Positions 10,485 to 23,053 of a stretch of DNA of 64,000 bases are shown piece after piece. The position numbers and the translations under genes are program-made. Below the pieces are notes generated by a model. It worked only from the letters and a program-made list of their open reading frames with translations, did no database searches and was not told the origin of the DNA. Each line of letters starts with the position of its first letter. Within the stretch, counting starts at the first letter, position 1. Source of the DNA: Zootoca vivipara (taxonomy: Eukaryota); the NCBI RefSeq assembly GCF_963506605.1, contig NC_083288.1:43028001-43092000 (forward strand). The letters are read 5' to 3'.

Positions 10485-13077
10485 AGCATCTAAAATTCTA
10501 TGGCCCTGGTCCATCTTAATTTGAATCTACGCAAAGGGATTTAAGCCAGCCACAACTGATTAGTTCAACTGGATTGCAGTTTAGATTACAGTTTCTCCCT
10601 TTATTCCCTCATTAGGCAGTACATATACATCGCAACATATGGATTGAATAGAGGAACCATCCTATGGTAATATAAACTCCCTACCCGAAGTCTGCCAAGC
10701 AAACAAGAAATGGGAGCCAAAAGCTTTCTTTCCTAGGTCTGACAAATGTAGTGGCATAATTATCTGCCACCTTGAGTGGATATGAAGATACCCCTCCTTA
10801 GGAGCTATCCTATGTTTATTCATTATTTTTTCTCCACATCAGACAGCCAAACAACATATAGCAAACACAAGAATGTAAGCTTTCCCGTTCCATTTTGAAT
10901 GTTACAGCATTGCCATTTATTTCCTGAATGCAACAGTACAAACAATAAATCAAAGTGATACAGAGCCCAGGATTTGTGGGAGGTTTATTTTGTCTGCCTA
11001 CATGCAAATGGGCCGTTTCGTTTGACTAGTTGCTCTTTGGAGAGCAAAAGCTCTGAACTCCAGAAAACTCCTGCCCCAACACTTTGAGTTGTATCCGACT
11101 GCTTCATCCAATGAGTGCAAGCATTTTTGCTTGTACAATGGATTTTCTCCCATCTCCTCACCCTGTGTGGGCCTCATACTTTACCAATCTGCTCCAGAGT
11201 GTCAGGGGAGGGGGAACCTAGAACAGATTTAGAGTTCAGATGGGGGAGGGGAAATCAAACCTTTTATAAAAGGAAATGAGAAAAAGGTTCGGGAGGAGCC
11301 TTCCAGCTGCCTGTCACATGTGGGGTCAGAGGCAAAAGTGTGAGCAGCAACAAATGTCAGTTTTGCGTTTGTACACTAGTACCTGCACATACTCACAAGT
11401 CAAGTAAGGGGAATTGTCGGAGTTCAAGGACACATTCCAGTGAGGCGAAATATATCCAAGTGTGGAGCTGGCTAGTAAGGGGTTTCACCTGGCGAAAATT
11501 CCAAATATCAGCATAATATTCAGCTCCCAGATCTGGAATTCCCAAGCCCTGTTCCCAAGCTAGAAAGGTCTGCACTCAGCAACCTGTCTAGCTCTACTGA
11601 TGAGTGCATTTCATCTAGCAGAACTTTTCATCTTGTGTTTTTCCCCAGAACGGCTTGTTTGTAGGTATAGCTTGGGTTTAATGATCCGGCTTGTATGATG
11701 CTGTATCTACACCATCTATTACAGCCACCATATAGTCAGCAGGGTGTTGTGGTTAGATCAGTGGTTGTTTCTACTGTTTCCAAGAGGTGTGATACTATTA
11801 ATGTAACCTGGCTATATTTATTACACTAAAATGTTGCTTTTTCTATGTTGTTATATTTGCTATTCTGTTGTTCTTTTATTCTGAAATTGTTCTTGACACT
11901 GTTGATTTTGAGATGTGTTCCTGTATTCTTGTAGTTAGCTACTTGGAGTAAGATTCTTTCAGTGGAAGTGCAGTGTACAAATAAAATTATGAATGAATGA
12001 TTGAACTGTACTTTCAGTCTTTCCAGGACAGATGTTAAGCTAACCAGTCTATAATTCCTAGGGCCTTAAGGTCCATTGAAGCCAAACTCATCTTAAGTGA
12101 ACTTGGAAGTTTCTGCAGTACAGCCCTGGGCAGGGAATGAATAGTCCCTGGCAGACATTATAAGATGGGCAACATCTGGAATGGGAAGAGGTGGACAGTC
12201 AGCTGGGATGACGAGTTGCTCCTTGCTCTCTGGGTATCTCATTAAAAATCAAGAGAAGTCCTACAGAGAAGATGCAGGAGCAAAAAGTTAATAAAGGACC
12301 CACAATGGGGATGAGGGAAGTCCATGGGGATCTATGGAATACCTTTTTGGGGGGAGGGGGTTGCTTGAGGATTCTTTGTAGATTTGAAAGTTTGAAAATA
12401 AATAGTTTTATTTAAAAAACACAACAAAAGCAAATGAACAGAAGTCAGGAGAAACTTAGGGCGGGTTTTCAACGACATTTAACTCCCTCCACACGCATCA
12501 TTTTTTCAAGGGGAATTCTAACATCATCATATTAATCTGTCAGTTTGTGAATACCAATGAGACCTGCACAGACCAAGCTGAGTAACATCACTTTCAAGTG
12601 TCATGCATCTAGCATAGTATTTGCTCAATGGTCCCTGGTTGTACAAAGCTGTGAATATAAATACCATCTGGTCCTAACTATGATAGTTACATCCACCTAG
12701 TTTCCTGCTACATTATCTGGGACTCTTAATTCCCATAACACAATCAAATGATCACACGAGCCGGATGATTGCAGCCGTCACATCTAAGTGCCTGTAAATC
12801 TCAATGATATTATTATCCTCTCTGTAATTATGAAATTAAGCATGGAAGCTTCGTTTCCACATATCAAGGGAGCTGCAAATATGAGCTGTATTATTAACAA
12901 TGAAGATAGGAGGGTGCTGTGAATATCGCCTGTACAATTCCAAGGTGTAACAAGAGATAGCCAGGGCTTGGTCAGGCTAATAACAGATGCTTTACACTGC
13001 ACAATCTGACTCACAAATCAATGTAGTGTTGACTTAAGTTAGGGTACCCAACACAGCAAAGGACTTACTGAAAGAGA

Positions 13078-16000
13078 ATGTTGGGACAGGGGAATTTAGG
13101 TAGAAGAGGAATTATTTCATGCAAGATAGTTGGATTTGTCCTATTGCTATCAGTGGTTCTACTTCAGGGGATGTGCAAGATTCCTAATACCTGGAGCACA
13201 TGCAGTCCCCTTCCTTTTCTTCACAAGTATTACCAGCCAGGAGACCTCATCGTTGCTGGTATTATGTCTCAGATCTCTATATTATTCAACCCAATAGACT
13301 TCGATAAATGTCCTTCTAATGACCTCTTTGATGACATTGTGTAAGATTTGTTTTGTAAAAACCTCTGGTGCCATATATTTGTTATATTAATTTTCTCTAG
13401 GAGTGTCAGGCCCATAGTTCAGTGTTAGATCCAGTGAATGAGAAAAGGACATATTCCTTTGCCCAATAATTGTATCATCCCTGTAGCTAAACCATATAGT
13501 CATCATCTGTTATCTTTTTAGTTGTGTCAGGCATGAATCTAATATCGGCTTAAGGGGTTTCAGGACTGCAATACCTCAAAACTGCCAGGCCCCATATGAA
13601 CTACCCCAGACCAGATATTTCTTTAGGTGCCTTATGTATTTTTGTATTTTTATGTTGTAAAAAGCCCTGGGATCCTTGGGTGAACACTAGTATAGAAACA
13701 CGAGTATAGAAAATAGATTTATAGACAGTGGGAAGAAATGTAAGAAACAGTGTTTAGAGCTGGAACATGTGCATGTTAATATTCCTCCAGATTTACCTGA
13801 ATTGAGATTGATCAGTATGATAGTATTGGTTCAGCTGAGGTGTAGCAATTGTCTTATGCAGAAGGAAATCAACGTGTTACAGCATGTAACTATCCTTTCA
13901 GGGTTATGACACAGCTCTACCAACATATCCTGGCATTAGTATTTGCTGTAAAAGAGATCAATGCAAATCTCCAAATCTTACCCAACCTCACCCTGGGCTT
14001 CCACACCTACAACAGCCATTTTAGTGCAAGCTGGACTTATCGTGCTGCTTTGGAACTCCTCTCTACGTACAGCAGATTCATCCCCAACTACAAGTGTGAC
14101 ACCCAGAATTATCTAGCAGCAGTCATTGGAGGTCCGAACTCTAAAGTCTGTCTTCATATGGCAAATATACTGAGCAACTACAAGATTCCACAGGTAACAT
14201 TCTCTCAGAGCACATCTCCTGATAGAAAAGTACCCAGACCATTCGGTCTTCTTTTCAGGCAAAAGGATGGTACTTTGCAAGTGTCGATGATCAGATGTCC
14301 CTTCGCAACTGTTACTGTGTTGATCCTTTGTCCGTTCTTTTTCATTTGCTTTCTCCCCTTGTTGCTTAATATGGAACGTTATTAACTGCCTTGAAAACAA
14401 ATGATGAGGAGCTTGATAAATATATTAATACAAATAATTGAAATAAGCTGGCTGAGGGGGTACAGAAAGGTGTCCTTCAGATGTTATTGAAATCCAACTT
14501 TCATCAGCCCCAGCCAGCAAGGGCAATGTGCTCATAGATTATGGGGAGTTCTTATCCTACAACGGAATATGGTGGAAGCCCTGTTATGCCAGTGCAATGT
14601 ATGACATGACACTACCATGAAAGGTAACTGAGAATAATTTCTTGACTAGATTGCCACAACCCTCGACCAGAATATATACTATGTGCTACTACAATTTCAC
14701 TGGTGAGAACATTTTTCTACCTTTAGCAGATTGCTCAGTGTATCTGTACCTTTGAATTATTTAAGTTTGAGGAAAAAGCAACAAGCTCCCATGTCAGCAA
14801 CACTTTCTCAAAACAAAATCTGAAATCTATATTGTATTTTAACTGTAGTCAATACAAGTTAACATAGAAAAACACTGCATAATTAAATAAAATTTCTCAT
14901 CTCCTCATTTCCTGTCTTTAATTTAGCTCATCTATGGTCCCGTTCCAATGAGAAATATTAAAACTGAAGTCGCTTTCTATAACCAAATGTTCCCAAATAT
15001 AGACCATCAATATGAAGGGATTCTGAAGTTACTGCTACACTTCAGATGGCTATGGACTGGTGTGGTGATTGTGAATGATGAGAATGGAGAGAGGTTTCTA
15101 CAGAGTGTGGTTCCAAAATTTATTCTGAGAGGAATCTGCTTTGATTTCATAGGAAGATTTCCATCCATTTCTTATACTAATGGTATTACGGACTTGGTTG
15201 CAGATGGGCTCAAGACATTTAATGTTGCCATGAGAAGTACTGCTAATGTGTTGATCATTCATGGGGAAATTGATTCAATGACACTTTTGAGAATGTCTCC
15301 TGATATTTCAGAATATGAAGATATACCAATAAAGGCTACAGGTAAAGTTTGGGTCATGACGATTCAGATGGATTTCACATCACTTCCCTTTCAGAGAGAT
15401 CAGGACATAGACTTCCTCCATGGTTCTCTATCCTTCACCATTCACTCAAAGGAAGTCTTGGGATTCAAGGAATTCGTTCAGATGAGAAATCCCATTTTGG
15501 AAAAAGAAGATGGCTTTATGAGGCTATATTGGGAAAAGGCATTTCAGTGTCATTTCGTTGACCCTGAGGAAGATATGCAGGATGGAGATATTTGCACTGG
15601 GGAGGAGAAGCTGGAGGCTCTTCCTGGCTCTATTTTTGAAACAAGCATGACTGGCCATAGCTATAGCATCTACAATGCCGTCTATGCTGTGGCACATGCC
15701 ATGAATGCCATGCATTCATCTAAATTCAAGCGCAGAGTGAATGAAGGGCGGCTGAAGCTTTGGAATCAACAGATGTGGAAGGTAATATCATGAGCACAAG
15801 AATGCAGGAATGCTCACAATAGCCCTGGGAATAGTAGTAGAAATAAAGAATCCAGAGGGTTTGAAAAGTTTCTGTTTCTACCAAGGGTGGTTAGCATCTA
15901 AAGACCAAATTACATGTGACATTGAAAACACACTGTAGCTCGCTGTTGTGTGAAACTGTTCTACATCTGCCAAGAGAGGGGCCTCACTCTAGAGACCTCA

Positions 16001-19000
16001 CTCAGGACTCTGACTGACTCATACTGAATGCTGCTTGGTGAGAAATAGCTTCTTTAATAGTAGTGCTGGGGAATAAGTTTATTTCAACCAAATGATTCAA
16101 CCATTTTTCCATTCTTCAAGAAGTGTCATGAAAATACATCTGTCTCTAGTCCTAAGGCAGGGATGGGGAACCTTCAACCCTCCACATGTTTCTGAACTGC
16201 AACACCCATATTCCCAGCAAGCATAGCCAATACCTGTAGGTCCCACAGCCTACAACTACAATGTCTACCTAGAAGTCTATGTGGTTGCACATGCTTTGCA
16301 GGCCATGCATCCATCTAGACTCAAAGGCAGAATGACAGTGGATGAAGACAACATTTCAGAATGAGCAGTTGTGGACGGTAATGTCCCGAGCATGCTAAAA
16401 GTGGAGTAGAAATGGTGATGGATCAGTCCAAAGGTTTCCTAAGGCAACCAACTTGATAGCTGTGGGAAGTACTCAATCAGGGCATTATGGCAATAGGCCA
16501 CTCCCAACAGTCTGGTGTTCAGAGGCACGGTGCCCCTTTTTTCCTGGAGCAAGTACATAGTCATTGTGGCTAACAGCCATAAATATCCAAATTCTTCCAT
16601 GACTTGGCCTAATCTCCACTGCTCACCAGATGCAAAGGAATAAAGAGAGAATCTAGATTCTCTGGAAAGTCCAAAAGGTGATAATGATAAGTATGGAGAA
16701 GTCCCCCCCCCCCTGCTTCTGTCTTCCACCACGTCATGGTCATAAATGTAGTAGTGGTTATGACATTCTGACCTGTTCCACTGCTGCCCAGCCACTTCCT
16801 TCATTAGTACCACTGTTACATTTTATTATTGTAGTTTATTACTGTATCTGTTTATTGTTGTATGTATCTCTCAACGTTCCTGCAATAAGCTCAAGGTGGC
16901 CTATAGGGCTCTTCTTCTCTCCGTATCCATTCTTCCTTGGTATAAAACTTTTAAACAGTTCAGTAATCAAGTGCGAATGATCACCAGCCTTTTGTATATC
17001 CTTATGAATTGGCTTTCTTTTATTTTCTTTCTTTTTCTACTCATTTTCCTAAAAAAAACTATAACAGCTCAACCACTTTGTTAAAAGCATCTCATTTAAT
17101 AATAGTGGTGGGGGAAAAGTTTCCTTCAACCGAAATGGAGAGTTAGAGTCTGGATTTGATATTATAAACTGGGTTACATTTCCAAACCAGTCCTTTCGGA
17201 GAGTGAAAGTTGGAAAGATCGACCCCATGGCTCCCCAAGAAGAAGCATTCAGCATTAGTGAAGAAGTCATTGTGTGGCCACGCAGGTTTAACCAGGTGAG
17301 AGTAATTCATATTTTATAGCCTATCCACCACTTCTATAATGAGTCACAGTTCAGATACTGACCTAGCTCTGTGCTATGTTCATCCATGTGCTTAATGTAG
17401 GAGTGAGGGCATGGCTGTAGAGATCTTCCATGTTTTGCCAATTAAGCGATATTCATTAAACCCACTATTGAACTACTACTGCCAAATTTGCCATTTGAAA
17501 AAAGTAAAACTTTATAAATTTACAGAGGGTCATATTCATGTAGGGGAAGGCAGCATAAGGATTGCTTCGATCACAATGGGGCCTGCTTGTTTCCTTTCCC
17601 TACCCAAATTTGTGAAATATGGTTCTCCCCTTGGACCACATAAGTGAGGTAGGCAAGGGTGTCTGTTTGACTGGGTAACCCAGGAGCTAGACACATACTG
17701 CCCAGGTTTGGGACTGCTAATGCAGCAGTTCAACTTCTCCCCCATGCTATGGCTCAAACTATGTTTCAGACCGATGGGTTTTGCCCCCCCCTGATTCTGA
17801 GGGATAATTTTAAATCTCCATGGGAAAGGGAAGTGGTAGAGGAAGTGCAAAAGTGCCGCCTGTCCTCCCTTTATATTGAGTCCATGACGTACAGCCGCGC
17901 TAAAGCGATGATCACTCAGAGATTGGGGGATACTGCCAGACAGGAGGACATAGCCCGTGTGAAATCTGGGATGTTTTTAGGGGAGCAGGTGTATCGGTCT
18001 GCACCAGCCCGTTACCTGGCGGATATCCACTGCGTGGAATACCGCAGACTACGTACTGTGGCTAGACTGAATGTCCTTGATTCAGCGGTTTTGAGGGGAA
18101 GATTTGGAGGAGTCCCATACGGTCAGAGAATGTGCCATTGTGCCTTGGGTGAGGTAGAATCCACAGAACACATTCTACTGAGTTGTCCCTTTTATAATGA
18201 TTTAAGGCAATATCTTATAGATCCGTATTTATCTCAGTTTAGTTCCCGACCAAGAGAACGGCAGGCAGCATATTTGCTAAACAAGCCCACTGGGAAAATA
18301 ACTTTCTCAGTGGCTAAATTCCTCTTCCTGGCGCTCAAGTGTCGGAAACGTATAATCAAATGTCTTGATGTGGGTTATCTGTAGGAGGTTTAGTAGCACG
18401 GTCTAACCCATTTATGTATCCCTCTGATGCCTTCGGTTTTATATTTTTATATTTTTATGTATCCCTCTGATGCCTTCAGTTTTATATGTTTATCTTTGTA
18501 TTGAGAATTTTTTTTTTGTTTCTGACTATCGGTCGAATAAAGTATATTGATTGATTGACTTCTCCCCCAAAGGTGTATTACATTGGATGATAAGAACAAC
18601 AACAGTTGCCTCCATCTGTGGAGACAGAGCAAAAGCCATCATGGCAAGTAGCCATTGATTGCCCCTTCCTATTTGTCTCTTGCCTCTTCCACCATAAAAG
18701 GAGATAGTTCAGCAAGTTAACAGAATATAATACACTATATTGCAAAATAGAAAACATTATCCTCTTACATTTTTGGACAGGCACAACCCCTTTCTCTTTG
18801 TAATGCCAATTGTCCTTTGGGTTATCAGAAAACAAAGAAGGAAGGGAAACCATTTTGCTGCTATGATTGCATTACATGTCCGGAAGGGAAGATTTCCAAC
18901 CAGACAGGTAAGAGAAATCATGTATAGAGCCTTTCAAATATACTGACACTAAGGTATTCAGACACTCACTTCCCTTCTGGGGTTCAATTATTCAGAAAAT

Positions 19001-19334
19001 TCAGGAAAGTTGTTCAGAATTCAGTGAAGGTTGTGGTTCCTGATATGAGGATATAGCCTGATATTTTGAATAATATCAGTCCAAGCCATTGACAGCTGGT
19101 AATTATGTACACCAAAAAAAGAAGAAGAAGAAATGAAATGAAAGGAATTACCACTCAGACGAAGGAGGTATCATAAGCTGGAAAAAAAAAAACCAGAAAC
19201 CTTCACAAATATGAAAGAACTTCAGGGGAAAGCTAACAGTGCAACAGCCTCCCTCTCTTAAAAACAAGACCCAAAAACCATGTTTCACAATTCAGAGAAG
19301 CGCTAAAACTGAAATACAACTGTGCTCCAGTCGA

Positions 19335-19394
<60 letters not shown>

Positions 19395-20587
19395 TGTGCT
19401 CCAGGCGACATATTGGTCTGAAAAGTTCAAATCGTGTTGGGATGTTAAAAAATGTGAACAAGTAATGACCGTTAGTGACAACATTGAGCTTCAGAAGCTG
19501 AGTTAGGTCCTGAGATCTGGGGGTGGGTGGGACATTAACCATTCCTGAATATGGCATTTTCCTAATAATATAATTACATGAGAAGTGTGTCAACCTGGCA
19601 GCCCTTATTTCAGGTTTTGTTGTTTTCATTTTGATCAATTTAGTATTATGCATATATTGGTGCTCCTACAGCTTTTCTTTTTCAGACATGGATGAATGCT
19701 TTCAGTGCCCACCAGATCATTACCCTACTGTGGAAAAGGATTCATGCGTGCCAAAGGACATACATTTCTTGTCTTATGGAGAACCACTGGGGATCTCCTT
19801 GGCCTGCTTTGCTCTTTCTTTGTCCTTCCTTACAGCTTTGGTGCTTTGGATTTTCATAAGGCACCGGGACACTCCCATAGTCAAGGCCAACAACCGCAAC
19901 CTCTCCTACACTCTCCTCATCTCGCTCTTGCTTTCTTTCCTTTGTGCTTTGCTATTCATCGGTCGACCTGAGAAAGTGACATGTCTCCTTCGACAAACAG
20001 CTTTTGGCATCATCTTTTCAATGGCTGTTTCTTGTGTGTTGGCCAAGACAGTCATTGTGGTCCTTGCTTTCATGGTCACCAAACCAGGGTCCAGCATGAG
20101 GAAATGGGTGGGGAAACAACAGGCCACTTCCATTGTCCTTTCCTGTTCCTTGATTCAAGCTGCTATTTGTACTGTGTGGCTGGCAAATTCTCCCCCATTC
20201 CCAGCTTTAGACAATCACTCAATGAGTAAAGAAATTGTTCTGGAATGTAACGAAGGATCAGTCACCTTGTTCTACTGTGTCTTGGGCTTTATGGGCTTGC
20301 TGGCCATTGTCAGCTTCTCTGTAGCCTTCCTAGCTAGGAAGTTACCTGACAGTTTTAATGAAGCCAAGTTTATTACCTTCAGCATGCTGGTATTTTGCAG
20401 TGTTTGGCTGTCCTTTGTTCCAACATATTTAAGCACAAAAGGAAAATATATAGTGGCTGTGGAGATCTTCTCCATCTTGGCCTCCAGTGCTGGTTTACTA
20501 GGCTGTATATTTTCCCCAAAATGTTATATTATTGTAATGAAGCCAGAGCTGAACAGCAAGGAGCAGTTAAGAAGACGAAATCAGTGA
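13078..20587 (+). CDS. V2R gene 2, ~888 aa, 6 exons, close paralog of gene 1
   Basis: Exons 13078-13340, 13902-14193, 14927-15781, 17068-17295, 18781-18907, 19686-20587. Same exon sizes and motifs as gene 1; open frame. Confidence 0.93.
16030..16094 (+). pseudogene. Fossil exon-4 fragment in intron 3 of gene 2 (acceptor deleted)
   Basis: Copy of 6749-6813; about 430 nt upstream, including the acceptor, is missing relative to gene 1. Confidence 0.8.
16248..16377 (+). pseudogene. Fossil exon-3 3' end in intron 3 of gene 2
   Basis: [33 protein letters not shown] (frameshifted), then GTAATG donor. Confidence 0.82.
17745..18557 (+). mobile_element. 5'-truncated non-LTR retrotransposon, RTE-X-like
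   Basis: 211-aa ORF C-terminus with CxC..EH...CPFY..LR zinc knuckle, AATAAA, (ATTG)n tail, 12-bp TSD ACTTCTCCCCCA; empty site in gene 1 at ~8510. Confidence 0.8.
19338..19392. repeat. (TAT)n microsatellite flanked by a 19-bp direct repeat
   Basis: Direct reading; flanks ACTGTGCTCCAG[T/G]CGACAT at 19319-19337 and 19393-19411. Confidence 0.9.
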
Positions 20588-23053
20588 AGCATCTAAAATT
20601 CTTTGGCCCCTGATCCATCTTAATTTGAAGCAATGGAAAGGGATTTAAGACAGCCACAACTGATTAGTTCAACTGGATTGCAGTTTAGATTACAGTTTCT
20701 CCCTTTATTCCCTCATTAGGCAGTACATATACATCGCAACATATGGATTGAATAGAGGAATCATCCTATGTTAATATAAACTCCCTACCCGAAGTCTGCC
20801 AACCAAACAAGATGTGGGAGCCAAAAGCTTTCTTCCTTAGGTTTGACTAATGTTGTGGCATAATTATCTGCCACCTTGAGTGAATATGAAGATACCCCTC
20901 CTTAGGAGCTATCCTATGTTAATTCATTATCCTCCCATCCCACATCCGACAGCCAATCAACATATAGCAAACACAAGCATGTAAACTTTGCCCTTCCATT
21001 TTGAATGCCACAGATTTGCCCTTTATTTGCTGAATGCAACACTTCAAACAATCAATCAAAATTATACAGAGCCCAGGATTTGTGGAAAGTTTATTTTGTC
21101 TGCCTACATGCAAATAGGCAGTTTCGTTTGACTAGTTGCTCTGTGGAGAGTCAAAGCTCTGAACTCCAGAAAACTCCTGCCCCAACACTTTGAGTTGTAT
21201 CCGACTGCTTCATCCCATGGGTGCAAGCATTTTTGCTTGTACAAAGGATTTTCTCCCCTCTCCTCACCCTATGTGGGCCTCATACTTTACCAATCTGCTC
21301 CAGAGTGTCGGGGGAGGGGGAACCTAGACCAGATTTAGAGTTCACATGGGGGAAGGGAAATCAAACCTTTTACAAAAGGAAATGAGAAAAAGGTTCGGGA
21401 GCAGCCTTCCATCTGCCTGTCACACGTGGGGTCAGAGGCAAAAGTGTGAGCAGCAACAAATGTACGTTTTGCGTTTGTATAGTGCACTAGTACCTGCACA
21501 CACTCACAAGAGGAATTGTCAGAGTTCAAGGACACTTTCCAGTGAGGCAAAAGAACTCTGGGTGTGGAGCTTGCTAGTAAGGGTTTCACCTGGGGAGAAT
21601 TCCAAATATCAGCATTATATTCAGCTCCCAGGTCTAGGATTCCCAAGCTCTGTTCTCATTGCATACAGGCCAGAAAGGTCTGCACTCAGCAACCTGTCCA
21701 GCTCTGCTGATTTCATCTAGCAATGCATTCCATCTTTGTTATTCCCCCAAATGAACTGTTTGTGGGCATAGCTTGGGTTTAAGGCTTCGGTTGTATGATG
21801 CTGTATCTACATCATCTATTACAGCAACCATATAGTCAGTGGGGTGTTGTGGTTAAATCAGGGGCTATTTCTGCTGTTTCAAAGAGGTGTGGTGCTATTA
21901 ATGTAATCTGGCTATATTTATTACACTAAAATGTTGCTTTTTCTATGTTGTTACATTTGCTATTCTGTTGTTCTTTTATTATGAAATTGTTCTTGACGCT
22001 GTTCATTTTGAGATGTATTCTTTTATTCTTGTTGTTAGCTATTTGGAGTAAGATTCTTTCAGTGGAAGTGCAGTGTACAAATAAATTTATGAATGAATGA
22101 TTGAACTGTACTTTCAGTCTTCCCAGGACAGATGTTAAACTAAACAGTTTACAATTCTTAGGGCCTTAATGTCCATTGAAGCCAAACTCATCTTAAGTGA
22201 ACTTGGAAGTTTCTGCACTACAGCCCTGGGCAGGGAATGAATAGTCCCTGGCAGACATTATAAGATGGGCAACATCTGCAATGGGAAGAGGTGGAGAGTC
22301 AGCTGGGATGACGAGTTGCATGGGCATTTATGGAATACCTTTTTTTTGGGGGGGGTTGCTTGAGGATTGTTTGTATATTTGAAAATAAATAAATTTATTT
22401 AAAAAACACAACAAAAGCAAATGAACAAAAGTCAGGAGAAACTTAGGGTGGGTTGTCAACGACATTTATCTCTCTCCACATGCATCATTTTTTCAAGGGG
22501 ATTTCTGACATCATCATATTAATCTGTCAGTTTGTGAATACCAGTGAGACCTGCACAGACCACGCTGAGTAACTTCACTTTCAAGTGTCATGCTCAATGG
22601 TCCCTGGTTGTACAAAGCTGAGAATATAAATACCATCTGCTCCTAACTATGATAGTTACATCCACATAGTTTCCTGCTACAAATTGCAGTATCTGGGACT
22701 CTTAATTCCTATAATACAATTAGATGATGACATAAACTGGATTATTGCAGCTGTCACATCTAAGTGCCTGTAAATCTCAATGATATTATTATCCTCTCTG
22801 TAATTATGAAATTAAGTATGGAAGCTTCGTTTCCACATATCAAGGCAGCTGCAAATATGAGCTGCATTATTATCAATGAAGATAGGAGGGTGCTGTGAAT
22901 ATCGCCTGTACAATTCCAAGGTGTAACAAGAGATAGCCAGGGCTTGGTCAGGCTAATAACAGATGCTTTACACTGCACAATCTGACTCACAAATCAATGT
23001 AGTGTTGACTTAAGTTAGGCTACCCAACGCAGCAAAGGACTTACTGAAAGAGA

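Noticed and set aside
10169-10519. Antisense and alternate-frame ORFs over V2R exons
   Set aside because: Shadows of the real 7TM reading frame.
19233-19653. Poly-Ile/Tyr/Asn ORFs (also poly-Cys/Gln near 41023)
   Set aside because: Translations of intronic trinucleotide microsatellites.
105-21500. Units A and B as falsely duplicated haplotypes
   Set aside because: Many substitutions, several unit-specific insertions and deletions, a gap-free junction and a third partial unit favour true paralogy. Read depth would settle it.
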